DNA of 64,000 nucleotides from Escherichia coli (GTDB lineage Bacteria; Pseudomonadota; Gammaproteobacteria; Enterobacterales; Enterobacteriaceae): NCBI RefSeq assembly GCF_048403405.1, contig NZ_CP183129.1; one strand, 5' to 3'. Shown piece by piece: positions 52,009 to 64,000 of this stretch (position 1 is its first letter; each line of letters starts with the position of its first letter). The notes under the pieces were generated by a model. It saw only the letters and a program-made list of their open reading frames with translations, ran no database searches and was not told where the DNA came from. The position numbers and the translations under genes were made by a program.

Positions 52009-52989
52009 ATGAGAGTAGAAAATAATAATGTTTCTGGGCAAAACCATGACCCGGAACAGATTGATTTGATTGATTTACTAGTGCAGTTGTGGCGTGGCAA
52101 GATGACAATCATCATTTCCGTCATTGTGGCTATTGCCCTGGCTATTGGATATTTGGCAGTAGCGAAGGAGAAATGGACGTCAACAGCAATTATCACTCAG
52201 CCCGATGTGGGGCAAATTGCTGGCTATAACAATGCCATGAATGTTATCTATGGTCAGGCTGCACCGAAAGTATCGGATTTGCAGGAGACGTTAATTGGTC
52301 GCTTCAGTTCTGCCTTCTCTGCATTAGCAGAAACGCTGGATAATCAGGAAGAACCAGAAAAACTTACCATCGAACCTTCTGTTAAGAACCAGCAATTACC
52401 ATTGACTGTTTCTTATGTTGGGCAAACTGCAGAGGGCGCACAAATGAAGTTGGCCCAATACATTCAGCAAGTTGACGATAAAGTGAATCAAGAGTTAGAA
52501 AAGGATCTCAAGGACAACATTGCTCTGGGACGGAAAAACTTGCAGGACTCTTTAAGAACGCAGGAAGTGGTTGCGCAGGAGCAGAAAGATCTGCGTATCC
52601 GTCAGATTCAGGAAGCGTTGCAGTATGCGAATCAGGCGCAGGTGACAAAACCGCAGATTCAACAGACTGGCGAAGATATCACACAAGATACGTTGTTCCT
52701 TTTGGGGAGCGAAGCGCTGGAGTCGATGATTAAGCATGAGGCGACCCGTCCGTTGGTGTTCTCACCAAACTACTATCAGACTCGTCAAAACCTGCTTGAT
52801 ATCGAAAGCTTAAAGGTTGATGATCTTGATATTCATGCTTACCGCTATGTAATGAAACCGACGTTACCTATTCGTCGTGATAGCCCGAAAAAGGCAATTA
52901 CCTTGATTCTGGCGGTGCTGCTGGGTGGCATGGTTGGCGCGGGGATTGTGCTGGGGCGTAATGCTCTACGCAATTACAACGCGAAGTAA
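52009..52989 (+). CDS. wzzB: O-antigen chain-length determinant WzzB (Cld/Rol, PCP-1)
   Basis: 326 aa from MRVENNNVSGQNHDPEQIDLIDLL, with two TM segments flanking a coiled-coil periplasmic domain. The ORF-track start at 51973 was rejected. Confidence 0.94.
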   Translation: MRVENNNVSGQNHDPEQIDLIDLLVQLWRGKMTIIISVIVAIALAIGYLAVAKEKWTSTAIITQPDVGQIAGYNNAMNVIYGQAAPKVSDLQETLIGRFSSAFSALAETLDNQEEPEKLTIEPSVKNQQLPLTVSYVGQTAEGAQMKLAQYIQQVDDKVNQELEKDLKDNIALGRKNLQDSLRTQEVVAQEQKDLRIRQIQEALQYANQAQVTKPQIQQTGEDITQDTLFLLGSEALESMIKHEATRPLVFSPNYYQTRQNLLDIESLKVDDLDIHAYRYVMKPTLPIRRDSPKKAITLILAVLLGGMVGAGIVLGRNALRNYNAK

Positions 52990-53001
52990 TCTTTTCGGTT
53001 T

Positions 53002-53043
53002 TAAAGAAAAAGGGCAGGGTGGTGACACCTTGCCCGTTTTTTT
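53002..53043. terminator. Bidirectional terminator between convergent wzzB and his operon
   Basis: The gggcaggg...ccttgccc stem has one G-U pair and is flanked by an A-run (53006-53011) and a T-run (53036-53043). A REP-like hairpin ggatgcg/cgcatcc follows at 53046-53071. Confidence 0.7.
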
Positions 53044-53084
53044 GCCGGATGCGGCAACAATATCGCATCCGCTTACCCCGCAAC

Positions 53085-53689
53085 TCACTGATGCCGTTTA
53101 CGCAGGTTCTCAATTACCGTCGTTAAATCCAGCCCCTGATCCTGCAACAACACCAGCAGGTGATACATCAAATCAGATGCCTCGTTGGTCAGCTCAAAGC
53201 GGTCATGTACCGTCGCGGCCAGCGCGGTTTCCACGCCTTCTTCGCCTACTTTCTGCGCAATGCGTTTGGTGCCGCTGGCATACAGTTTGGCAGTGTAGGA
53301 GGTTTCCGGGTCGGCAGATTTACGTTCGGCGAGCAGTTGTTCCAGTTGATACAGGAACAGCCACTGGTGAGCGGTGTCGCCGAAGCAGCTGCTGGTGCCT
53401 TTGTGGCAGGTTGGCCCGATGGGATTCGCCAGCACCAGTAACGTGTCGTTGTCGCAGTCCGGGGCAATACTCACTACGTTGAGGAAATTGCCCGACGTTT
53501 CGCCTTTGGTCCACAGTCGCTGTTTAGTGCGCGAGAAGAAGGTGACTTTGCCGCTTTCGAGGGTTTTGTCTAAGGCTTCCGGGTTCATATAGCCCAGCAT
53601 TAGCACTTCGCCGGATACCGCGTGTTGCACAATCACCGGCATAAGTCCGTCGGTTTTTTCCCAGTCCAGTTCGCGACGTTGTTGTTCTG

Positions 53690-53696
<7 letters not shown>
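53085..53696 (-). CDS. hisI: Bifunctional phosphoribosyl-AMP cyclohydrolase / phosphoribosyl-ATP pyrophosphatase
   Basis: 203 aa. Last gene of the his operon. Sequence matches HisIE. Confidence 0.97.
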
Positions 53697-55774
<2,078 letters not shown>

Positions 55775-55775
<1 letters not shown>

Positions 55776-56841
55776 TACAGCACTCCTTTTGACGAGGGCA
55801 GGGTGTCGCCTTCCACGCGGATGGCCTGGCGCAGGGTGCGACCAAAGGCTTTGAACAGGCTCTCTACACGGTGATGATCGTTTTTACCTTTGGTTTTCAG
55901 GTGTAGCGTCACGCCCATAGTGTAAGAGAGCGAACGGAAGAAGTGCTCGATCATTTCAGTGCTGAGATCGCCCACGCGCTGGTAGGTAAATTCGGCTTTA
56001 TATTCCAGGTGCGGGCGACCAGAGATATCCAGCGCGCAGCGGGCAAGGCATTCGTCCATCGGCAGCACAAAACCAAAGCGACAAATACCGCGTTTATCGC
56101 CGAGGGCAATTTTTAACGCTTCGCCCAGCGCCAGGCCGGTATCTTCGACGGTGTGGTGATCGTCGATATAGAGGTCGCCTTTGACGTTGATTTCCATGCG
56201 GAAACCGCCGTGGGTGGCGATCTGATCCAGCATGTGATCAAAGAAGCCAACGCCGGTGTTAATCTTGCTGCCACCTTCACGATCCAGCCACACCTGGACG
56301 TCAATTTGCGTCTCTTTGGTGTTGCGCACTACGTGGGCGTAACGGTCTCGTTTAGTGAGTTGCTCGCCAATCATCGGCCAGTTCAGGGTTTCGCGGTCGT
56401 AGCGTAAACCATTAATACCCATGTTTTCCGCCAGTTGAATATCGGTCGCGCGATCGCCAATCACATAACTGTTGGCACGATCCATCGCTTGCTCAGCGAG
56501 ATAACGCTCCACCAGTTTTACTTTCGGTTTACGGCAGTCGCACTCATCTGCGGGCAGGTGCGGACAAATCAGCACTTCATCAAACTGCACGCCTTGCGAG
56601 GTGAAGATCTGCATCATCAGGTTGTGCGGTCCATCAAAATCCGCCTGCGGGAAACTTTGTGTTCCCAGACCATCCTGATTAGTGATCATCACCAGTTTGT
56701 AGCCCGCTTTTTGCAGCTTCAGCAGTTCCGGGATCACGCCCGGTTCAAAGGCGAGTTTGTCAAAACGGTCCACCTGAAAATCACTCGGCGGTTCGCTAAT
56801 CAGGGTTCCATCGCGATCGATAAAAAGATACTTCTGACTCA

Positions 56842-56842
<1 letters not shown>
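55775..56842 (-). CDS. hisB: Bifunctional histidinol-phosphatase / imidazoleglycerol-phosphate dehydratase
   Basis: 355 aa from [14 protein letters not shown] (HAD motif I). There is a TGATGA overlap with the hisC stop. Confidence 0.97.
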
Positions 56843-59213
<2,371 letters not shown>

Positions 59214-59218
59214 GGCGA

Positions 59219-60118
59219 TCACTCCATCATCTTCTCAATCGGCAGGACCAGGATTGAACTGGCACCCAGCGCTTTCAGTTTTTCCATGGTTTCCCAGAAC
59301 AGGGTTTCGCTGCTGACCATGTGCATCGCTACGCGCTGTTGATCACCCGCCAGCGGCAGAATAGTTGGGCGTTCGGCACCTGGCAGCAGGGCGATGACTT
59401 CATCCAGACGTTCGGTCGGTGCGTGCATCATGATGTATTTTGATTCGCGCGCCTGGATCACACCCTGAATACGGGTCAGCAGTTTGTCGATCAGTTGCTG
59501 TTTGGATTCTTCCATTTCGCCATCGCGTTGGATCAGGCAAGCTTTCGAGCGGTAGATAACTTCGACTTCGCGCAGGCCGTTTGCTTCCAGCGTGGCACCG
59601 GTGGAAACCAGATCGCAAATCGCATCCGCCAGTCCGGCACGCGGGGCGACTTCAACAGAACCGTTCAGTAAGCAGGATTTAAAAGAGATGCCTTTCTGGT
59701 CGAGATAACGCTTGAGCAGGTGAGGATAAGAGGTGGCGATACGTTTACCGTTTAAGGAGAGCGGGCCGTCCCAGGCTTCATCAACCGGCGTTGCCAGTGA
59801 AAGTCGGCAGCCGCCAAAATCCAGACGACGCAGGGTAAAGTAGCGCGGATCTTCACCCTGGGCGCGGCGGTTAAGCAGCTCTTCTTCCAGCACGTTTTCG
59901 CCGATAATCCCAAGGTCTACCACGCCATCCATTACCAGACCGGGAATGTCGTCGTCACGCACGCGCAGAATATCAATCGGCATGTTTTCTGCCATCGCGA
60001 TCAGGCGCTGGGTGTGAAGATTGATTTTAATGCCACAGCGCGCCAGCAATTCGCGTGAATCATCACTTAAACGGCCGGATTTCTGCATAGCTATGCGTAA
60101 ACGAGTGTTGTCTGTCAT
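59219..60118 (-). CDS. hisG: ATP phosphoribosyltransferase
   Basis: 299 aa from [17 protein letters not shown]. The ORF-track extension was rejected. Confidence 0.96.
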
Positions 60119-60163
60119 TTTGTTATTCCTCTTTAAACCTGTCTGAACCGTTATCAACCGCGC

Positions 60164-60200
60164 AATAAAAAAGCCCCCGGAAGGTGATCTTCCGGGGGCT
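60164..60200 (-). terminator. his operon attenuator terminator
   Basis: Perfect 12-bp stem agcccccggaag / cttccgggggct with a 5-nt loop, followed on the minus strand by a U-run. It lies between hisL and hisG. Confidence 0.9.
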
Positions 60201-60263
60201 TTCTCATGCGTTCATGCACCACTGGAAGATCTGAATGTCTTCCAGCACACATCGCCTGAAAGA

Positions 60264-60314
60264 CTAGTCAGGATGATGGTGATGATGGTGGTGTTTAAAT
60301 TGAACGCGTGTCAT
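60264..60314 (-). CDS. hisL: his operon leader peptide (MTRVQFKHHHHHHHPD)
   Basis: 16 codons with 7 consecutive His codons, immediately upstream of the attenuator. Confidence 0.95.
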   Translation of the reverse strand: MTRVQFKHHHHHHHPD

Positions 60315-60352
60315 AAAAGTCTCTGTGAATGTTTATTCAACTGATGTCTTTT

Positions 60353-60382
60353 AACCTAAACCACTTTCACGTTAGAAAGCAA
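60353..60382 (-). promoter_or_regulatory. his operon promoter (-35 TTGCTT, -10 TAGGTT)
   Basis: On the minus strand: CCCTTGCTTTCTAACGTGAAAGTGGTTTAGGTTAAAAGAC with an 18-nt spacer. Matches my recollection of hisp1. Confidence 0.55.
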
Positions 60383-60536
60383 GGGCTTTTTTATATATTT
60401 TATGGCAATGGATTTGTTTAATGAATGAGCGGGGAAAGGAGGGGGCCTGGAGTGACTACGTTAGAAAAGAAATCGTGAAAATATGTCTTTAAAACCCTCA
60501 AGAACATTGTGTTCTGTAACTAAAGTGGGCTTTGTT

Positions 60537-60636
60537 CCTGCCGGATGCGGCGTGAATGCCTTATCTGGTCTACAAATGTTGCGTAAATTCAATATATTGA
60601 TGTTTTTGTAGGACTGATAAGCGGAGCGCATCAGGC
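60537..60636. repeat. BIME / RIP-like element: two inverted REPs flanking an AT-rich spacer
   Basis: REP 1 is cctgccggatgcggcgtgaatgccttatctggtctac and REP 2 is gtaggactgataagcggagcgcatcaggca, in opposite orientation. The spacer contains catcaatatattg on the minus strand, which is IHF-site-like. Confidence 0.7.
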
Positions 60637-60740
60637 AATGGTATATTTGCTAACCGTTTCGATTTCATTCATAGAATGAATTGTCAGTTTTGATACGCTA
60701 GCGTAGCCTTATAGATCTTAGGTGTATCAGGAGATAACGG

Positions 60741-61565
60741 ATGAAAAAGGTCGCAATTGTCGGGTTAGGGTGGTTAGGCATGCCGCTGGCGATGTCACTT
60801 TCAGCGCGAGGCTGGCAAGTCACCGGGAGTAAAACCACACAAGATGGTGTCGAAGCGGCCCGAATGAGTGGCATTGATAGCTATCTGCTTCGCATGGAGC
60901 CTGAGTTAGTTTGCGATTCTGACGATCTGGATGCCCTGATGGATGCCGATGCGCTGGTCATTACGCTTCCGGCACGTCGTAGCGGCCCCGGCGATGAGTT
61001 CTATTTACAAGCGGTACAAGAGTTAGTGGATAGCGCGCTGGCTCATCGTATTCCCCGCATTATTTTCACCAGCTCAACGTCTGTCTATGGCGACGCGCAA
61101 GGCACGGTGAAAGAAACTACCCCGCGTAATCCGGTAACCAACAGTGGAAGAGTATTAGAAGAACTCGAAGACTGGCTGCACAATTTACCCGGTACTTCGG
61201 TCGATATTCTGCGTCTTGCGGGCCTTGTCGGACCGGGACGTCATCCCGGACGCTTCTTTGCCGGAAAAACCGCGCCTGATGGTGAACATGGTGTTAATTT
61301 AGTCCATTTAGAAGATGTTATTGGCGCTATCACTCTGTTGTTACAGGCACCTAAAGGCGGACACATCTATAATATATGTGCGCCAGCTCACCCTGCGCGT
61401 AATGTTTTCTATCCGCAGATGGCCCGTTTACTGGGGCTGGAACCTCCGCAGTTCAGAAATAGTCTGGACAGCGGCAAAGGTAAGATTATTGATGGCAGTC
61501 GGATTTGTAATGAACTGGGGTTTGAATACCAGTATCCCGATCCGCTGGTAATGCCGCTGGAGTAA
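60741..61565 (+). CDS. yeeZ: NAD(P)-binding Rossmann-fold protein YeeZ
   Basis: 274 aa. The VAIVGLGWLGMPLA dinucleotide-binding motif matches YeeZ. Confidence 0.92.
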   Translation: MKKVAIVGLGWLGMPLAMSLSARGWQVTGSKTTQDGVEAARMSGIDSYLLRMEPELVCDSDDLDALMDADALVITLPARRSGPGDEFYLQAVQELVDSALAHRIPRIIFTSSTSVYGDAQGTVKETTPRNPVTNSGRVLEELEDWLHNLPGTSVDILRLAGLVGPGRHPGRFFAGKTAPDGEHGVNLVHLEDVIGAITLLLQAPKGGHIYNICAPAHPARNVFYPQMARLLGLEPPQFRNSLDSGKGKIIDGSRICNELGFEYQYPDPLVMPLE

Positions 61566-61610
61566 ACGATCACGCCAGCAGGACGCCGCATGCACTGCAA
61601 GGGGGCGTGT

Positions 61611-62465
61611 ATGAAACCACTGCTGGATGTGTTGATGATCCTCGATGCCTTAGAAAAAGAAGGCAGTTTTGCGGCGGCGTCGGCCAAACTCTACAAGACG
61701 CCGTCCGCTCTGAGTTACACCGTTCACAAGCTGGAAAGCGACCTTAATATTCAATTGCTTGATCGTAGCGGTCACCGCGCTAAATTCACCCGCACCGGAA
61801 AAATGTTATTAGAGAAAGGGCGGGAAGTTCTGCATACCGTGCGGGAACTGGAAAAGCAGGCGATCAAACTGCATGAAGGCTGGGAAAACGAGCTGGTGAT
61901 TGGCGTGGACGACACGTTTCCTTTTTCTCTGCTTGCGCCACTGATTGAAGCTTTTTATCAACATCATAGCGTGACGCGCCTGAAGTTTATCAATGGCGTA
62001 CTCGGTGGTTCCTGGGATGCCCTGACTCAGGGGCGAGCGGATATTATTGTTGGCGCGATGCATGAGCCACCATCTTCCAGTGAATTTGGTTTCTCGCGGT
62101 TGGGCGATCTGGAACAAGTCTTTGCGGTCGCGCCTCATCATCCGTTAGCCCAGGAAGAAGAGCCGTTAAACCGTCGTATCATTAAGCGATATCGGGCGAT
62201 TGTGGTGGGGGACACTGCGCAGGCAGGCGCTTCTACGGCCTCACAACTTCTCGACGAACAAGAAGCCATTACCGTTTTCGATTTTAAAACCAAGCTGGAG
62301 CTGCAAATTAGCGGCCTCGGCTGCGGCTATTTACCCCGTTATCTGGCGCAACGTTTTCTCGATAGTGGCGCGTTAATCGAGAAGAAAGTGGTCGCCCAAA
62401 CTCTCTTTGAACCCGTCTGGATTGGCTGGAATGAACAGACCGCAGGGCTTGCCAGCGGCTGGTGA
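61611..62465 (+). CDS. yeeY: LysR-family transcriptional regulator YeeY (apparently shortened at the C-terminus by a TGA)
   Basis: N-terminal LysR HTH (FAAASAKLYKTPSALSYTVHKLE). 284 aa from MKPLLDV. The frame continues for 24 more sense codons after TGA 62463-62465, to TAA 62538-62540. Confidence 0.85.
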   Translation: MKPLLDVLMILDALEKEGSFAAASAKLYKTPSALSYTVHKLESDLNIQLLDRSGHRAKFTRTGKMLLEKGREVLHTVRELEKQAIKLHEGWENELVIGVDDTFPFSLLAPLIEAFYQHHSVTRLKFINGVLGGSWDALTQGRADIIVGAMHEPPSSSEFGFSRLGDLEQVFAVAPHHPLAQEEEPLNRRIIKRYRAIVVGDTAQAGASTASQLLDEQEAITVFDFKTKLELQISGLGCGYLPRYLAQRFLDSGALIEKKVVAQTLFEPVWIGWNEQTAGLASGW

Positions 62466-62627
62466 CGGGATGAAATTTTAGCAAATAGTGCGATCGCCGG
62501 TGTTTATGCAAAATCTGATGACGGAAAATCAGCCATTTAAAGAAAAATTATTATGACAAGCCTCTCATTCTCTTGTCATTTCCCCCCCATTTAGGCACAA
62601 TGCGCCGCTGTCAAAAAATGACTAAAA

Positions 62628-62658
62628 ACCGACGTTTCATCAGCGTCGGTTATTTTTT
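62628..62658 (+). terminator. Rho-independent terminator in yeeY-plaP intergenic region
   Basis: accgacg - 9 nt - cgtcggt followed by tatttttt, with an A-run upstream, so it is potentially bidirectional. Confidence 0.65.
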
Positions 62659-62754
62659 GCTTCAAACCAATCATTCATACCAAGAGGCCGGGCTTCGTAC
62701 CGGATAGATATTTACTAAAAATCGACAGTTGTTGTCGCTGAGGAATCCAAAAAA

Positions 62755-62817
62755 ATGGGGCAATTTTTTGCTTACGCGACGGTTATCACCGTAAAGGAGA
62801 ATGACCATGTCGCATAA
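62755..62817 (+). CDS. yoeI: Small ORF (20 aa, [20 protein letters not shown]) overlapping plaP start; corresponds to yoeI as I recall
   Basis: ATG at 62755 is preceded by gagga, and TAA is at 62815-62817. It overlaps the plaP ATG (62807) by 11 nt out of frame. Missing from the ORF track because of its size. Confidence 0.55.
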   Translation: MGQFFAYATVITVKENDHVA

Positions 62818-64000
62818 CGTTACTCCAAACACCTCTCGCGTGGAATTGCGTAAAACGCTTACGTTAGTTCCGGTTGTAATGATGGGTCTTGCCTATATGC
62901 AGCCGATGACGCTGTTTGATACTTTTGGTATCGTTTCAGGCCTCACGGATGGTCATGTGCCGACAGCCTATGCGTTCGCATTGATTGCGATCCTGTTTAC
63001 GGCTCTGAGCTACGGGAAGCTGGTCCGCCGCTATCCTTCTGCTGGCTCTGCATACACTTACGCCCAGAAATCCATTAGCCCGACTGTCGGCTTTATGGTG
63101 GGTTGGTCTTCTCTGCTCGACTATCTGTTCGCGCCGATGATCAACATTCTGCTGGCGAAAATCTATTTTGAAGCTCTGGTGCCTTCCATTCCATCGTGGA
63201 TGTTTGTGGTGGCGCTGGTGGCCTTTATGACCGCCTTTAACCTGCGTAGTCTGAAATCCGTAGCGAACTTCAACACTGTAATCGTCGTGTTGCAGGTAGT
63301 GCTGATCGCGGTGATCCTGGGCATGGTTGTTTATGGCGTATTTGAAGGTGAAGGAGCGGGTACGCTGGCGAGCACTCGTCCGTTCTGGTCTGGCGATGCG
63401 CATGTTATCCCGATGATTACCGGGGCGACAATCCTGTGCTTCTCCTTTACCGGCTTTGACGGCATCAGCAACCTGTCGGAAGAAACCAAAGATGCAGAGC
63501 GCGTGATCCCGCGTGCGATTTTCCTGACCGCGCTGATTGGCGGCATGATCTTCATCTTTGCAACTTACTTCCTGCAGCTGTACTTCCCGGATATCTCTCG
63601 CTTTAAAGATCCGGATGCGTCACAGCCTGAAATCATGCTGTACGTTGCGGGTAAAGCGTTCCAGGTTGGCGCGCTGATCTTCTCCACCATTACCGTACTG
63701 GCGTCCGGTATGGCGGCGCACGCAGGCGTTGCGCGTCTGATGTACGTAATGGGTCGTGACGGCGTGTTCCCGAAAAGCTTCTTCGGTTATGTACACCCGA
63801 AATGGCGTACTCCGGCGATGAATATCATCCTGGTTGGCGCGATTGCCCTGCTGGCAATCAACTTTGACCTGGTAATGGCAACGGCGCTGATTAACTTTGG
63901 TGCGTTGGTGGCGTTCACCTTCGTTAACCTGTCGGTCATCTCGCAGTTCTGGATCCGTGAGAAGCGTAACAAGACGCTGAAAGATCACTTCCAGTATCTG
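62807..64000 (+). CDS. plaP: Putrescine importer PlaP (YeeF), APC-family permease, 3' end beyond window
   Basis: [33 protein letters not shown]... is an open frame for 398 codons to the window edge. The SD aaggaga lies 6 nt upstream. It is not in the ORF track because no stop occurs in the window. Confidence 0.93.
   Translation, partial: MSHNVTPNTSRVELRKTLTLVPVVMMGLAYMQPMTLFDTFGIVSGLTDGHVPTAYAFALIAILFTALSYGKLVRRYPSAGSAYTYAQKSISPTVGFMVGWSSLLDYLFAPMINILLAKIYFEALVPSIPSWMFVVALVAFMTAFNLRSLKSVANFNTVIVVLQVVLIAVILGMVVYGVFEGEGAGTLASTRPFWSGDAHVIPMITGATILCFSFTGFDGISNLSEETKDAERVIPRAIFLTALIGGMIFIFATYFLQLYFPDISRFKDPDASQPEIMLYVAGKAFQVGALIFSTITVLASGMAAHAGVARLMYVMGRDGVFPKSFFGYVHPKWRTPAMNIILVGAIALLAINFDLVMATALINFGALVAFTFVNLSVISQFWIREKRNKTLKDHFQYL

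Noticed and set aside
60264-60314. The run of seven His codons could be mistaken for an engineered His-tag.
   Set aside because: It is the native hisL leader peptide, with its attenuator hairpin and his promoter in the expected arrangement.

Overview
Escherichia coli chromosomal segment. The backbone looks K-12-like but the strain is not K-12, and the orientation is reversed relative to the K-12 map. It runs from yegL to plaP. Gene order: yegL-yegK-yegI (a VWA / PP2C phosphatase / Ser-Thr kinase triad), yegD, alkA, dgcE(yegE), udk, dcd, asmA, a HigB/HigA-like toxin-antitoxin pair, and yegH. Next comes the complete colanic acid cluster (wza-wzb-wzc-wcaABCDEF-gmd-fcl-gmm-wcaI-cpsB-cpsG-wcaJ-wzxC-wcaKLM), then gne and galF. 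An AT-rich, non-K-12 O-antigen cluster follows: 3 glycosyltransferases, a 588-aa HAD-like fusion protein, a split wzy, wzx, and an OpgB-like gene interrupted by IS1. The window ends with gnd, ugd, wzzB, the his operon (hisLGDCBHAFI) on the minus strand, yeeZ, yeeY, the small ORF yoeI, and the 5' part of plaP. I saw no rRNA, tRNA, CRISPR array, prophage or integrase. The regions most worth a second look are listed here. (1) The translationally coupled yegL-yegK-yegI triad (TerY-P-like), whose kinase carries a TM hairpin, coiled coil and tandem HhH motifs, next to the Hsp70-like yegD. (2) The decayed O-antigen locus: a probable wzy frameshift, IS1 without target-site duplication, and an uncharacterised HAD-fusion gene. 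(3) Toxin-antitoxin presence/absence polymorphisms relative to K-12 as I recall it. All calls come from reading the sequence and ORF track and from memory of E. coli proteins. No database search was run, and motif coordinates were counted by hand.
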